Positions 38,806 through 49,044 of a DNA stretch of 64,000 nucleotides are shown here, piece after piece. The notes beneath the pieces were generated by a model. It worked only from the letters and a program-made list of their open reading frames with translations. It had not been told where the DNA came from and searched no databases. The stretch covers positions 393,598 to 457,597 of the forward strand of contig NZ_CANLFS010000001.1 of assembly GCF_947490095.1 (NCBI RefSeq), in the 5' to 3' direction. This stretch comes from an uncultured Halomonas sp. Its GTDB lineage: Bacteria > Pseudomonadota > Gammaproteobacteria > Pseudomonadales > Halomonadaceae. Positions within the stretch are counted from its first letter, which is position 1. Each line of letters starts with the position of its first letter. Both the position numbers and the translations under genes were made by a program.

Positions 38806-39618
38806 CTAGCCTCCGGTCACCGGCGGGAAGAAGGCGACCTCGTCCTCGTTGGTCACCGGGGTCGTATCCGAGGCCATCACCTGGTTGACGGCACATAATA
38901 CGCGTCCCTCATCGAGCCCCATGAAGCGCGAATCGAGCCCCTTGAGGGCCGCCTTGAGGCCGGCCACATCGGAGCGCTCCAGGCTGTCGAGGGCCACCGC
39001 CACCTCGCCCACGCCGAGGCGTTCGCGCAGCTCGGCCAGGCACTTGACGCGGATACAGGGCGTGGCGACATCGCAGCGGTTGCCGAGACTGACCTCGCCG
39101 GCCTGCCCCTCACCCGTGACGATGGGGGCGGCCTGCGCCGCGAACGCCTCGCGGTGATAGTCGCCGGACTTGCCCCCGGTCTTGGTGTCGAGCCGGACGG
39201 CGCCGATCTCCATGGACTTGTCCACCGCCTTGCACATGTCATAGAGCGTCAGGCACGCCACCGATACCGCGGTGAGCGCCTCCATCTCCACGCCGGTGCG
39301 GCCATTGAGGCGGCAGGTGGCGGTCACGTCGACCCGGCTGTCGGCCTCATCGAGCCGGAAGTCGACCGTGACCTTGGAAAGCGCCAGGGCATGGCACAGC
39401 GGAATCAGCTCATGGGTACGCTTGGCCGCCTGGATGCCGGCGATGCGCGCCGTGGCCAGCACGTCTCCCTTGGGCAGCCCGCCCTCGGCGAGCAGCGCGA
39501 GGGTCTCGGGGCGCATGCGAATATGGCCGGACGCCGACGCCTCACGGCGACTCTCCGGCTTGTCGGCGACATCGACCATATGGGCCTCGCCGCGCGCATT
39601 GAGATGGGTGAGAGACAT
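38806..39618 (-). CDS. moaC: Cyclic pyranopterin monophosphate synthase MoaC fused in frame to the molybdopterin synthase sulfur-carrier MoaD
   Basis: ATG 39618 gives [17 protein letters not shown] (MoaC-like N-terminus), and the MoaC core runs to about GGKSGDY. A ~30-aa linker follows. The last ~82 aa are MoaD-like and end [13 protein letters not shown] checked the junction codons directly and found no stop or in-frame start codon. Confidence 0.85.
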   Translation of the reverse strand: MSLTHLNARGEAHMVDVADKPESRREASASGHIRMRPETLALLAEGGLPKGDVLATARIAGIQAAKRTHELIPLCHALALSKVTVDFRLDEADSRVDVTATCRLNGRTGVEMEALTAVSVACLTLYDMCKAVDKSMEIGAVRLDTKTGGKSGDYHREAFAAQAAPIVTGEGQAGEVSLGNRCDVATPCIRVKCLAELRERLGVGEVAVALDSLERSDVAGLKAALKGLDSRFMGLDEGRVLCAVNQVMASDTTPVTNEDEVAFFPPVTGG

Positions 39619-39629
39619 GGATCGACACC

Positions 39630-40898
39630 TCATGGAAGTCGGAACAGGGGTTGAATGGTGACGCTGTCGCCCGCGGCCACAGCGCCACGCGCGTCGTCTA
39701 TCTCTATCAGACAGTTGGACCGCGCCATGGACGAGAGAATCCCGGAGCCCTGGGCGCCGATATCGCTCACCACCAGTCGGCCGTCGGCGGTGCTCTGGTA
39801 GTGGCCACGCAGGTAGTCGACGCGCCCCTCGCGGCTTCTCAGCGACTGCTGGGCCACCGCGGTCAGCCGCGGCGGCCAGGAGCCCTCGCGTCCCTGCAGC
39901 TTGGCCAACAGCGGGGCGGCGAACTGCAGGAAGGTCACCATGCTGGCCACGGGATTGCCGGGGAGGCCCAGAAACGGCACGCCGCGGGCGCCCAGGCGGC
40001 CGCAGGCCAGGGGGCGTCCGGGGCGGATGGCGATCTTCCAGAAACCCAGCTCGCCCTGCTCGAGCAGGGCCAACCGGGTATGGTCGGCGTCCCCCACGGA
40101 GACGCCGCCACTGGAAAGCACCAGGTCGGCCTCGGCCCCGGCACGCGCAAGCCCGTCGGCGATGGCCTCGCGGGTATCGGGCAGGATGCCCAGGTCGAGC
40201 ACCTCTCCGCCGTGCTCCTCCACCAGGGCCATCAGCGTGAAGCGATTGGCATCGAAGATCCCCGCCGCGGGGAGCGCCTCGCCCGGGGCGGTGACCTCAT
40301 CCCCGGTCGAGAAGACGGCCACCCGGGGGCGACGCACCACCCGGGCCTCGGCCATGCCCAGCGACGCGATCAGGCCCAGTTCGGCGGCGCCCAGGCGGGT
40401 GCCGGCCTCCAGCGTCACCGTTCCGCGGGCGATGTCCTCGCCGGCCTGACGCACGTTCTGGCCACGCCTCACCCGGTCGGGCTGCTCGACGCGGACCCGC
40501 ACCTCGCCGCCGGCGGAAGGCTCCAGGCGCAGCTGCTCGCGCATGATCACGGTGTCGGCCCCCGGCGGCAGCGGCGCCCCGGTGGTTATACCGACACAGG
40601 CACCGGGCCCCACGGGATGCTCGGCGCTGTGGCCGGCCAGGATCTCCCCTTCCCGCAGGAAGCCGGCCGAGGGTATCGCTTCCGGCCGCCAGGCCAGGGC
40701 TATGCCATCCATGGCGGCATTGGTGTTCTGGGGCACATCGATGGGCGCGAGAACGGGCTCGGCCAGCACCCGGCCCCGCAAGGCACCGAGCGCCACGCTC
40801 TCGCCGGGCAGAGGCCCTTCCCTCAACGCCAGCACCGCGCTGCGGGCATCCTCCACCGCCAGCATGCGCTCGCCCAGCTCGAAACAGGACAGGGTCAT
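39630..40898 (-). CDS. moeA: Molybdopterin molybdotransferase
   Basis: 422 aa. [27 protein letters not shown] and [13 protein letters not shown] are MoeA hallmarks. ATGA overlap with the mobB stop. Confidence 0.92.
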   Translation of the reverse strand: MTLSCFELGERMLAVEDARSAVLALREGPLPGESVALGALRGRVLAEPVLAPIDVPQNTNAAMDGIALAWRPEAIPSAGFLREGEILAGHSAEHPVGPGACVGITTGAPLPPGADTVIMREQLRLEPSAGGEVRVRVEQPDRVRRGQNVRQAGEDIARGTVTLEAGTRLGAAELGLIASLGMAEARVVRRPRVAVFSTGDEVTAPGEALPAAGIFDANRFTLMALVEEHGGEVLDLGILPDTREAIADGLARAGAEADLVLSSGGVSVGDADHTRLALLEQGELGFWKIAIRPGRPLACGRLGARGVPFLGLPGNPVASMVTFLQFAAPLLAKLQGREGSWPPRLTAVAQQSLRSREGRVDYLRGHYQSTADGRLVVSDIGAQGSGILSSMARSNCLIEIDDARGAVAAGDSVTIQPLFRLP

Positions 40899-41485
40899 GG
40901 TGTCGTTACCTCCCCCGCCGGCCGCGGATGGCGCTGGGTGGGCCAGCGCGTCGGCCAGGCGGCGATCCAGTTCGTCATGGCCTCGAGGTCATTGAGGTCC
41001 AGGCACTCGACGCCCTCGGGCAGCGCCAGGGAGGCGTCCGTCGCCACCGCGCGCACCCAGGGGTCCTGGGCGACCCTCAAGGGCTTGCCCAGGGCCGGGC
41101 GGTGGATCTCCAGCTTGGGCAGCGGCCAGTCCTTGAAGCCCTCCACCAGCACCAGATCGGGGCGCTGGGGAGCCACCATGGCCAGCAGGGCCTGGAGATC
41201 CGCCTCGTCCTGATCCGGGGTTTCCATCATCAGGGCCAGCCGTGCACGGGAGGCCACCAGCATCGGGCTGGCCCCCGCCTGGCGCAGGCGATGGCTGTCC
41301 TTGCCGGGCTGGTCGACATCGAAGCCGTGGTGGGCATGCTTGACCACCGCCACGCGCAGCCCCCGCTCCTTCAGGCGAGGCAGCAACGCCTCGAGCAGCG
41401 TGGTCTTGCCGGTGCCGCTCCAGGCGGCGATGCCCAGCAGCGGGAGATGGTCGTCGAGACTCAGGGCGTCAACGGGGTTGCTCAT
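40895..41485 (-). CDS. mobB: Molybdopterin-guanine dinucleotide biosynthesis adapter protein MobB
   Basis: P-loop AAWSGTGKTTLLEALL, then VAVVKHAHHGFDVDQPGKDS. ATGA overlap with the mobA stop. It has a modest C-terminal extension. Confidence 0.9.
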   Translation of the reverse strand: MSNPVDALSLDDHLPLLGIAAWSGTGKTTLLEALLPRLKERGLRVAVVKHAHHGFDVDQPGKDSHRLRQAGASPMLVASRARLALMMETPDQDEADLQALLAMVAPQRPDLVLVEGFKDWPLPKLEIHRPALGKPLRVAQDPWVRAVATDASLALPEGVECLDLNDLEAMTNWIAAWPTRWPTQRHPRPAGEVTTP

Positions 41486-42087
41486 CGTTTGATGGGCTCC
41501 TGGGCAAGCGCCTGCTCCAGCCGCTGCCTCTCCTCTTGCGTATTGAGATTGGCGAAGGCCTCGGCGCCCTCGGCGAAGTCCACCCGCACCCAGGCATGAC
41601 GCGCGTACCAGCGGTCGATCTTGCGCTCCCCGGCGGCCAGGGCCTCACCCAGGTCCTGGGCCAGGGAGGTGCGAATAAGCGCTACCACGGGGTGCAGGCG
41701 CTGGCCATCGCCGGCCACGGCGATATCGGCCTCGCCGATGCCGGCCACCAGGCGGGCCACGAGATCCTGGGGCAGTGCCGGCGTATCACAGGGCACCACC
41801 AGCAGCCAGGGCGTATGCGCCGCCAACAACCCACTGTAAATGCCCATCAGCGGTCCCTGGTAGCCTCCCTCGGCGTCCTCGATGACACGCTCGGCAAACT
41901 CGCCATAGGTGGCATGACTACGGTTGGCGTTGATCAACAGCTCGGCCACCCGGCCTGCCAGGCGTTCGCGAACGTGGGCCACCAGGGGGCGTCCGGCAAA
42001 CGGCACCAGTCCCTTGTCGACGCCGCCCATGCGGCGCCCCTGGCCACCGGCCAGAATCAATCCGGTAAGGTCGTGTTGCGGGATCAT
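41482..42087 (-). CDS. mobA: Molybdenum cofactor guanylyltransferase
   Basis: ORF 41482..42141 trimmed to ATG 42087 (AAGGAGG upstream). LTGLILAGGQGRRMGGVDKGLVPF is the MobA signature, and VPCDTP is present. Confidence 0.9.
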   Translation of the reverse strand: MIPQHDLTGLILAGGQGRRMGGVDKGLVPFAGRPLVAHVRERLAGRVAELLINANRSHATYGEFAERVIEDAEGGYQGPLMGIYSGLLAAHTPWLLVVPCDTPALPQDLVARLVAGIGEADIAVAGDGQRLHPVVALIRTSLAQDLGEALAAGERKIDRWYARHAWVRVDFAEGAEAFANLNTQEERQRLEQALAQEPIKR

Positions 42088-42188
42088 CGAAGGCCTCCTT
42101 ATCGTCCCCCCATGATGCCTGAGCCGGCCCCCGGGTGCCACGCCGAAACTCGTCGCAAGTCATTGTCCTGACGAACATCAAGACTTTT

Positions 42189-43535
42189 TCAGGTTGCCAC
42201 CCGCTGTGGGCTGGCCAGGAGGCGCCGCAACAGCCGCCAGGCGGCGAACCCCGCCATCAGGTTGCCGATGGCGGCCCCGGCCGCCAGGCCGAGAAGACCA
42301 CCCCACCAGGCGCCCAGTGCCAGACAGGGCAGGTAGAAGACGAACAGCCGGGCCCCGGACATCAGCATGGCCCGCAACGGCCAGCCCAGGGCATTACCCG
42401 CGGATACCACGATCATGCACACCCCGAGGGCCGCATAGCTGGGCAACAGGAAGCGGATCAGCAGCGCCAGGTCGCCGCGCACCTCGGGGTTGCCGCTCAG
42501 CGCCAGCCCCACCCAGGGCGCGGATGCCGCCACCACCAGGCCGAGACACAGCTGCCAGACGACGATGACCCGCAGCGCCAGGCGCATCAGGCGGCGTATC
42601 TGGGCCCAGTCTCCGGCGCCATAGCAACGCCCGAGCCAGGGCGGAAGCGACATGGTCATGGCCAGCACCACCATCAGCGACAGGGGCTCCAGGCGGCTGG
42701 CCAGGCCCCAGGCCGCCACCTGTGGCTCACCCAGCCGGGCCACCACCGCGATCGCCAGCATCGCCGCGAGCGGCGGCATCAGCTGGCTGATCATGGCCGG
42801 CCCGGCAATGCCGGCGAAGGGCTTCGCCGAGGCGCGCAGCTCCTCGGCGAGCCCCTCGCCGGCCAGCCAGTCCGTCTGGCGCAGGTACCACCCCAGCACG
42901 CCCACCCCCGAACCGAAGGCGATCACCGTGGCCCAGGCGGCCCCCGGCAGCCCCAGCCCCTGCCAGGGGCCGATCCCGAAGATCAGCAAGGGGTCGAACA
43001 CCAGGTTCACCAGGCTGGTCACCACCATCATGGAGCCCGGCAGCCGGGTATTGCCATGGGCCCGAAACAGGCTATAGCCAAAATAGACGACCGCCCCCAG
43101 CCAGGCGGCCAGCAGTTGCGGCGCCCAGTACCCGCGAATCAGCTCGAGGGTCGGCACATCGGCCCCCAGGCGGGCGAAGATCGGCGCCTGCAGCCTCCAC
43201 AGGGCCAGCGCCAGCAGGCCGATGACGGTGGCCCCCACGACCAGCACCAGGCTTCCCAGGCGCCGGGCGCGGGCGGTGTCGCCGGCGCCCAGAGAGCGCG
43301 ATATCTGAGCGGCGATGGCGATGCCCATGCCCACCTGAACGCCGATGATCAGAAAGCTCAAGGGGAAGGTAAAGGATTGGGCCGCCAACTGTGGCGTGCC
43401 CAGGCGGGCAATGAAGGCGCTGTCCACCAGCTGAAACCCCAGCAGCGCCAGCGCGCCGATGGCCATGGGCCAGGTCTGGCGCCACAGGGTCACGCCGAGA
43501 GGCACGCCATTGTCTTCGTGTTGCGTCACGATCAC
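42189..43535 (-). CDS. MATE-family efflux transporter (second copy in the window)
   Basis: 448 aa with about 12 TM helices and a MATE-like N-terminal pattern (LWRQTWPMAIGALALLGFQLVDSAFIARLG). Its stop is 101 nt upstream of the mobA start on the same strand. Confidence 0.85.
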   Translation of the reverse strand: MIVTQHEDNGVPLGVTLWRQTWPMAIGALALLGFQLVDSAFIARLGTPQLAAQSFTFPLSFLIIGVQVGMGIAIAAQISRSLGAGDTARARRLGSLVLVVGATVIGLLALALWRLQAPIFARLGADVPTLELIRGYWAPQLLAAWLGAVVYFGYSLFRAHGNTRLPGSMMVVTSLVNLVFDPLLIFGIGPWQGLGLPGAAWATVIAFGSGVGVLGWYLRQTDWLAGEGLAEELRASAKPFAGIAGPAMISQLMPPLAAMLAIAVVARLGEPQVAAWGLASRLEPLSLMVVLAMTMSLPPWLGRCYGAGDWAQIRRLMRLALRVIVVWQLCLGLVVAASAPWVGLALSGNPEVRGDLALLIRFLLPSYAALGVCMIVVSAGNALGWPLRAMLMSGARLFVFYLPCLALGAWWGGLLGLAAGAAIGNLMAGFAAWRLLRRLLASPQRVAT

Positions 43536-43573
43536 TCCAGGATAGTACGGGGGCGGGCCATTCTACTCCTCGG

Positions 43574-43612
43574 CAAAAACGCGAACACCCCCGACCGGGC
43601 GGGGGTGTTCGC
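43574..43612 (-). terminator. Rho-independent terminator after the yceI-like gene
   Basis: GCGAACACCCCCG (43581..43593) pairs with CGGGGGTGTTCGC (43600..43612). The minus-strand transcript continues with GTTTTTGCC. Confidence 0.8.
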
Positions 43613-43716
43613 AGAGCCTCGAGCGAGTCCCAGGAGGCAACCAGAGTTATCGCCGCTCGGGGCCTATCCCCAGCGCCCCTGGATTCGGGTAACGACGATA
43701 ACCAAGGGAGGTCGCC

Positions 43717-44301
43717 TTACTGGCGAACGCCTTCGAAGGTCACATAGAGCTCCAGCTCATGCATCGCCTCGGGGAAGCTCTCCATATCGATGCCATAGTC
43801 GGCAAGCGCCAGGGTCGTGCTGCCCTCGAAGCCGGCGCGGTAGTTACCCCAGGGGTCATCGCCCTCACCCAGCAGGGTGACCGGCATATCGATCTGTTGG
43901 GTCTCACCGTGCAGGGTCAGTTCGCCGGTCAGCACGCCCTCGTTCTCACCGGTCGGCTCGAAGCCGGTGGAGCTGAAGGTGGCGGTGGGATACTCGCCGG
44001 CATTCAGGAAGTCATCGCTCTTGATGTGCTTGTCACGCTCGGCGTGATTGGTGTTGAGGCTGTCGACGTCAACCTCGAGCTCGGCGCTTGCCGCTTCCAG
44101 GTTCTCCGGGTCGTACTGGAAGCTGCCGCTGAACGCCTCGAAGCTGCCGAGGATGTAGGAGAAGCCCAGATGACTGATCTTGAACTGGATGAAGGCATGC
44201 TGGCCTTCGCTGTCGATGGTGTAGTCGGCGGCCTGGGCCTGGCCGATGCCCATCAGGGTGGTCGCGCTCAGGGCGGCGGCAATGGCGGTCTTCTTCAACA
44301 T
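43717..44301 (-). CDS. YceI-family periplasmic polyisoprenoid-binding protein
   Basis: ORF 43717..44451 trimmed to ATG 44301 (AGGAG upstream). Signal peptide ends GQAQAADY. Family-like motifs: HAFIQFKISHLGFSYILGSF and TNHAERDKHIKSDDFL. Confidence 0.88.
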   Translation of the reverse strand: MLKKTAIAAALSATTLMGIGQAQAADYTIDSEGQHAFIQFKISHLGFSYILGSFEAFSGSFQYDPENLEAASAELEVDVDSLNTNHAERDKHIKSDDFLNAGEYPTATFSSTGFEPTGENEGVLTGELTLHGETQQIDMPVTLLGEGDDPWGNYRAGFEGSTTLALADYGIDMESFPEAMHELELYVTFEGVRQ

Positions 44302-44365
44302 GTCGATTATCTCCTGTGGATACACAATGCATGGGCGAAACGAGGAAATGCACTCGGGCGAACGC

Positions 44366-44917
44366 TTAGCGCCGGCCCACCCGGGGGTCGAGCATTCGCT
44401 TGAGGACCGAATTACGGTCGACAAGGTGGTGTTTGAGTGCCGCGGCGCCATGGCCGGCGGACAGGATCATCAGCGCCAGGGCGGCGTACCAGTGCACCAC
44501 ACCGGCCACGCTGGCCTGATTGGGCAGGTCACTCACAAGCGCCGGTACCGTGAAGGCGTCGAACACCGCGATGCCCTTGCCGTCGGCGGTGGAGATCAAG
44601 TAACCGCTGATCAACACGACCAGCATCAGGCCATAGAGGGCGATATGCCCCAGGTGCGCCGCCAGCCGCTCGAGCGAATGACCCAGTGCCACGGGGGTGG
44701 GGTTGACCAGGCGCCAGGCCAGGCGCAACAGGGTGGCGAAGAGCACCAGCATGCCCAACGAACGATGCCACCAGGGCCCCAGGTTATACCAGGGGTCATA
44801 GTAGCCCAGCCCGGTCATCCACCAGCCCAGGATAAACAGGCCGATGATGACCGCCGCCAGGGCCCAGTGCAGCAGGATGCTGACCACCCCCCAGCCGTTG
44901 TGGGTATTACGCCACAT
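44366..44917 (-). CDS. Cytochrome b561-family protein (CybB-like)
   Basis: 183 aa with 4 TM helices. Conserved His positions (ILLHWALA, WWHRSLG, HLGHIALY, HGAAALKHH). Paired with yceI, a common arrangement. Confidence 0.88.
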   Translation of the reverse strand: MWRNTHNGWGVVSILLHWALAAVIIGLFILGWWMTGLGYYDPWYNLGPWWHRSLGMLVLFATLLRLAWRLVNPTPVALGHSLERLAAHLGHIALYGLMLVVLISGYLISTADGKGIAVFDAFTVPALVSDLPNQASVAGVVHWYAALALMILSAGHGAAALKHHLVDRNSVLKRMLDPRVGRR

Positions 44918-44965
44918 GATGCCTCCTTGCTCACTTACAAGACGGTCAAGTGCACCCGACCGCCA

Positions 44966-46162
44966 TCAAACCAGGGCGTCGAGTCCTCGGGCCAGGTCGT
45001 TACGAATATCATCGAAGGCCTCGAGCCCCACCGCCACACGCATCAACCCTTCGGTAATGCCGGCCGCCGCCTTCTGGGCCTCGGAGAGGCGTCCATGGGT
45101 GGTGGTGGCAGGATGGGTGATGGTGCTCTTGACATCCCCCAGGTTGCCGGTAATGGAGAGCAGACGGGTCGCATCGATCACCGACCAGGCCGCCTCGCGC
45201 CCCCCCACCACCTCGATCCCCAGCACCGCACCGAAACCGCTCTGCTGGCGTGCGGCCAGGGCATGCTGGGCGTGGCCGGCAAGGCCGCTGTAATGCACGC
45301 GACTCACCGCAGGATGCGCGGCCAGCCACTCGGCCAGCGCCTGGGCATTCTGGCAGTGGGCGCGCATGCGCAGCTCCAGGGTCTCGAGGCCCTTGGTGAA
45401 GATCCAGGCGTTGAAGGGACTCATGCAGGGGCCGCAGGTGCGGACCACGCCGAATACCGCCTCGAGCTCCGCGTCGCGCCCCACCACGGCGCCCCCGACC
45501 GCCCTGCCCTGGCCATCCAGGTACTTGGTGGCGGAGTGAATCACCAGGTCGGCGCCCAGGGCCAGGGGCCGCTGCAATGCCGGGGTCAGAAAACAGTTGT
45601 CGATGGCAAGCAAGGCCCCGTGACGATGGGCGATATCGGCCAGGGCGGCGATATCCACCACCTCGGAGAGAGGGTTGGAGGGTGTCTCGGCGAACAGCAG
45701 CCGCGTCGCCGGCGTGACCGCCGCCTCCCAGGCCGCGAGGTCCGAGAGCTCCACATAGCGCGTGGTGATACCCAGCTTGCCCAGATACTTGTCGAACAGG
45801 CTCACCGTGGAGCCGAACAGCGAACGCGAGGCCACGATCTCATCGCCGGCCGAGAGCAGTGCCAGTGCAGTGGAGAGGATCGCCGCCATGCCCGAGCTCG
45901 TCGCCACACAGCGCTCGCCCCCTTCGAGCGCCGCCAGGCGGTGCTCGAAGGTGCGTACCGTGGGGTTGGTAAAGCGCGAGTAGACATTGCCGGGCTCTTC
46001 GCCGTTGAACTTGCGCGCGGCCTCGGCGGCGCTGCCATAGACAAAGCTCGAGGTCGGGAAGATGGGCTCGCCGTGTTCCTGCTCCCCGGTACGCTCGTGG
46101 CCGGCGCGGATCGCCAGGGTCTCGCGCGCCCAGATCGATGCCGCCTCGTATTCGTCGTGCAT
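44966..46162 (-). CDS. metZ: O-succinylhomoserine sulfhydrylase
   Basis: Cys/Met-metabolism PLP family (SATKYLDGQGRAVGG carries the PLP lysine). FVYGSAAEAARKFNGEEPGNVYSRFTNPTVRTFE is MetZ-like. Positioned after purF, as in Pseudomonas. Start taken as ATG 46162, 10 nt after the purF stop; the alternative is 46192. Confidence 0.9.
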   Translation of the reverse strand: MHDEYEAASIWARETLAIRAGHERTGEQEHGEPIFPTSSFVYGSAAEAARKFNGEEPGNVYSRFTNPTVRTFEHRLAALEGGERCVATSSGMAAILSTALALLSAGDEIVASRSLFGSTVSLFDKYLGKLGITTRYVELSDLAAWEAAVTPATRLLFAETPSNPLSEVVDIAALADIAHRHGALLAIDNCFLTPALQRPLALGADLVIHSATKYLDGQGRAVGGAVVGRDAELEAVFGVVRTCGPCMSPFNAWIFTKGLETLELRMRAHCQNAQALAEWLAAHPAVSRVHYSGLAGHAQHALAARQQSGFGAVLGIEVVGGREAAWSVIDATRLLSITGNLGDVKSTITHPATTTHGRLSEAQKAAAGITEGLMRVAVGLEAFDDIRNDLARGLDALV

Positions 46163-46172
46163 GGGATCAGCC

Positions 46173-47693
46173 TCAGTGGTCGATATCGTCATCGAGGTTA
46201 TGGGTGCCTACCAGGGCGTGGTCGCCGGCGCTCTGCTCCTTGGCGTCGTCGCTGCGCGAGGCCTCGAGGGCCGCCAGATAGGCGGCGTCGATATCACCGG
46301 TCACGTAGTTGCCGTCGAACACCGAGCAGTCGAAGCTCTCCAGGGCCGGATTGACCTCCCGACAGGCCTCCTTCAGGTCTTCCAGGTCCTGGTAGAAGAT
46401 GCGGTCGGCGCCGATCAGTTCCCCCACCTCGGCCTCGCTGCGCCCATGGGCAATCAGCTCGTCCGCCGCCGGCATATCGATGCCGTAGACGTTGGGATAG
46501 CGCACCGGCGGCGCGGCCGAGGCAAAGTAGACCTTGCGTGCCCCCGCCTCGCGAGCCATCTGGATGATCTGCTTGCAGGTGGTCCCGCGCACGATGGAGT
46601 CATCCACCAGCAACACGTTCTTGCCCTCGAACTCCACGCCGATGGCGTTGAGCTTCTGGCGCACCGACTTACGCCGCTGGGTCTGGCCCGGCATGATGAA
46701 GGTGCGGCCGATATAGCGGTTCTTCATGAATCCCTCGCGGTAGGTCACCCCGAGGTGCTGAGCCAGCTCCAGCGCCGAGGTCCGCGAGGTATCGGGGATC
46801 GGTATCACCACATCGATATCGTGCTCCGGCCACTCGCCCTGGATGCGATCCCCCAGCTTGCGGCCCATCTGCATGCGGGTACCGTAGACATAGGCACCGT
46901 CGAGAATGGAGTCGGGGCGCGCCAGATAGACATGCTCGAAGATACAGGGGGCCAGCCGCGGGGCATCCGCACACTGCTGGGTGTGAATCTCGCCCTGCAT
47001 GTCGACGAAAATCGCCTCGCCCGGCGCCAGGTCGCGATGCAGCTCGAAGCCCCCCACGTCCAGGGCCACCGACTCGGAGGCGATCATCACCTCCTGGCCG
47101 GCACCCTCGTCCCGGGTGCCGAACACCACGGGGCGAATCCCGTGTGGGTCGCGGAAGGCCACCAGCCCCACGCCATTGATCACCGCCACCGCCGCATAGC
47201 CTCCCTGGCAGCGACGATGCACGCGACGCACGGAATCGAAGACGTCGCCGGGGGTGAGATGCAGCCCCTGCTTGCCCAGCTCGTGGGCGAAGACATTGAG
47301 CAGCACCTCGGAGTCGGAGCTGGTATTGATATGGCGCAGGTCGGACGAGAACAGCTCCTGCTTGAGCTGGTCGGAATTCGTCAGGTTGCCGTTATGGGCC
47401 AGGGCAATGCCATAGGGGGAGTTGACGTAGAACGGCTGCGATTCCGCCTCGCTGGAAGACCCGGCGGTGGGGTAACGCACATGACCGATGCCCAGACACC
47501 CCTGGAGGCGCGCCATATGACGGGTATGGAAGACGTCACGCACCAGTCCATTGCTCTTGCGCAGCAAAAAGCGGCCCTCGTGCCAGGTCATCATGCCGGC
47601 GGCGTCCTGCCCGCGATGCTGCAGCACCGTCAGCGCATCATAGATGCCCTGGTTCACCGCCTGCTTGGCCATCAGGCCTACAATACCGCACAT
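46173..47693 (-). CDS. purF: Amidophosphoribosyltransferase
   Basis: MCGIVGL N-terminal nucleophile, followed by a PRTase motif ([13 protein letters not shown]). Confidence 0.96.
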   Translation of the reverse strand: MCGIVGLMAKQAVNQGIYDALTVLQHRGQDAAGMMTWHEGRFLLRKSNGLVRDVFHTRHMARLQGCLGIGHVRYPTAGSSSEAESQPFYVNSPYGIALAHNGNLTNSDQLKQELFSSDLRHINTSSDSEVLLNVFAHELGKQGLHLTPGDVFDSVRRVHRRCQGGYAAVAVINGVGLVAFRDPHGIRPVVFGTRDEGAGQEVMIASESVALDVGGFELHRDLAPGEAIFVDMQGEIHTQQCADAPRLAPCIFEHVYLARPDSILDGAYVYGTRMQMGRKLGDRIQGEWPEHDIDVVIPIPDTSRTSALELAQHLGVTYREGFMKNRYIGRTFIMPGQTQRRKSVRQKLNAIGVEFEGKNVLLVDDSIVRGTTCKQIIQMAREAGARKVYFASAAPPVRYPNVYGIDMPAADELIAHGRSEAEVGELIGADRIFYQDLEDLKEACREVNPALESFDCSVFDGNYVTGDIDAAYLAALEASRSDDAKEQSAGDHALVGTHNLDDDIDH

Positions 47694-47879
47694 TCCACCT
47701 TACCTCGCTTTCCTGGAACTTGCCTTGAACTGGTAACCATGGCTATCGCGGCTAGCCTGTATCGCTCGGGGCGGATCTGGCGGCGAGCCGGCGCCCCTCG
47801 CTTAGCGTAACCACAATAGTCCTGAACTCGTAACTGCTATACAGAACCGCGGCAGGCCCTTGGGGCCGCCGCGGGACAA

Positions 47880-48413
47880 TCAATTCTCGGGGGGCAGGGA
47901 CAGCGCCTCCAACGACGCCGGCGGCTCGGGAAGCCGGCCATCCCAGGCCTCGACATGGCTCACGGCCCAGTCCCGCAGCTGCTCGAGGTGCGGGCGCAGT
48001 ACCGCCCCTTCCCAGGCCTCGAGGCGGGCCAGGGGTGTCAGGCCGATCACGATGGTCACCAGCACCAGGATGGCGGCCCCCTTGGCCATCCCGAAGGCGG
48101 CACCCAGCAGGCGGTTGACCAGCCCCATGCCGACCCACTCCACGGCGGCCTGCAACAGGCGGATGATGATGCCGCAGACCAGCACCACGCCGAGAACCAC
48201 CAGCACGAAGGCCAGCACCAGGCGCCCATCGGCGCTGTCGATCATCCCGACCAGCAGGTCGGCGACCGGCTGGGCCAGTACCCGCGCCGCCAGCAGAGCG
48301 ACGATCCAGGCGCCCAGGCCCAAGGCCTCGCGCACCAGGCCGCGCAGCAGGCCGGTGATGCCGGTGACCGCCAGCAGGGCGATAAAGATCCAATCGAGCC
48401 AGGTAAGCGTCAT
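47880..48413 (-). CDS. cvpA: CvpA-family membrane protein (colicin V production protein)
   Basis: MTLTWLDWIFIALLAVTGITGLLRGLVREAL and 4 TM helices. Conserved position between dedD and purF. Confidence 0.9.
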   Translation of the reverse strand: MTLTWLDWIFIALLAVTGITGLLRGLVREALGLGAWIVALLAARVLAQPVADLLVGMIDSADGRLVLAFVLVVLGVVLVCGIIIRLLQAAVEWVGMGLVNRLLGAAFGMAKGAAILVLVTIVIGLTPLARLEAWEGAVLRPHLEQLRDWAVSHVEAWDGRLPEPPASLEALSLPPEN

Positions 48414-48414
48414 G

Positions 48415-49044
48415 TCATTCCTTTACCCGTACCAACAGGCCCTGGAGGTTGATGCTTGCCTTGACCTCGGCGACCGCCCGCTCGCCTGCCTCGGAGCTGC
48501 CGAAGGGCCCCACATAGACGGTGGTGAGATCGTTGCCCCGGGGACGACTGTAGGCGCTGAAGCCCTTGTCACGCAGCCGTGCCAGCAACCGTTCGACGTT
48601 GGCTGGCTCACCGAAGCTGCCCACCTGAACGGCCCAGTCGCCCGACTCGACGGCGGGCTCAACCCCGCCGGCCTGGGCGGATGACGATGCGGATGACGCC
48701 GCCTCACGCTCGGCCTGGCGCTGGTCGGCCGCCTGTGCCAGGTCGGCGATGGGGTCGGCCGGCTCGCCGGGGGACGGCGCCGCGTCGGGCCGGGGCGAGG
48801 CGCCCTCGCCGGCCGCCTCGCCCTCGGCCACCTCCTCGCTCGAATCCGTCCCGGCCAGCGAGGCCGGAGGCGTCGGTTCGGCCACGTCATGGCGCTCGAC
48901 GTCGATGGGCGCGTCGATACTCAGCGAGGGTTCGGGGCGCCCCTCTCGCGGCGCCGGCTCATCGAACAGCATGGGGACGAAGATCACCCCGAGGGCGATC
49001 AGGATAATCGCGCCGCTGAGACGCTCTCGCATACCGTACTTCAC
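48415..49044 (-). CDS. dedD: SPOR-domain cell-division protein DedD-like
   Basis: N-terminal TM (LSGAIILIALGVIFVPMLF), an acidic/Pro/Ala-rich linker, and a C-terminal SPOR domain (WAVQVGSFGEPANVERLLARLRDKGFSAY). GTG 49044 overlaps the folC stop (GTGA); an alternative ATG is at 49032. Confidence 0.82.
   Translation of the reverse strand: MKYGMRERLSGAIILIALGVIFVPMLFDEPAPREGRPEPSLSIDAPIDVERHDVAEPTPPASLAGTDSSEEVAEGEAAGEGASPRPDAAPSPGEPADPIADLAQAADQRQAEREAASSASSSAQAGGVEPAVESGDWAVQVGSFGEPANVERLLARLRDKGFSAYSRPRGNDLTTVYVGPFGSSEAGERAVAEVKASINLQGLLVRVKE

Noticed and set aside
39630-39633. ATGA-coupled start for moaC at 39633 ([11 protein letters not shown]...).
   Set aside because: The ATG at 39618 yields [17 protein letters not shown], matching the N-terminus of enterobacterial MoaC ([18 protein letters not shown] as I recall). 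The 5-codon-longer form remains possible but less likely.
42088-42188. Moco riboswitch upstream of the mobA-led Moco operon.
   Set aside because: Only ~100 nt are available between the MATE stop and the mobA start. I could not find the conserved Moco-motif helices or loops. A covariance-model scan (Rfam Moco_RNA_motif) would be needed to overturn this.
47694-47879. PurR-type operator or attenuator in the cvpA-purF spacer (GC-rich hairpin CCGCGGCAGGCCC/GGGCCGCCGCGG near 47840..47870).
   Set aside because: The hairpin is imperfect with only a weak U-tract, and I found no ACGCAAACGTTTGCGT-like box. It may be a partial terminator, but I cannot support a specific call.
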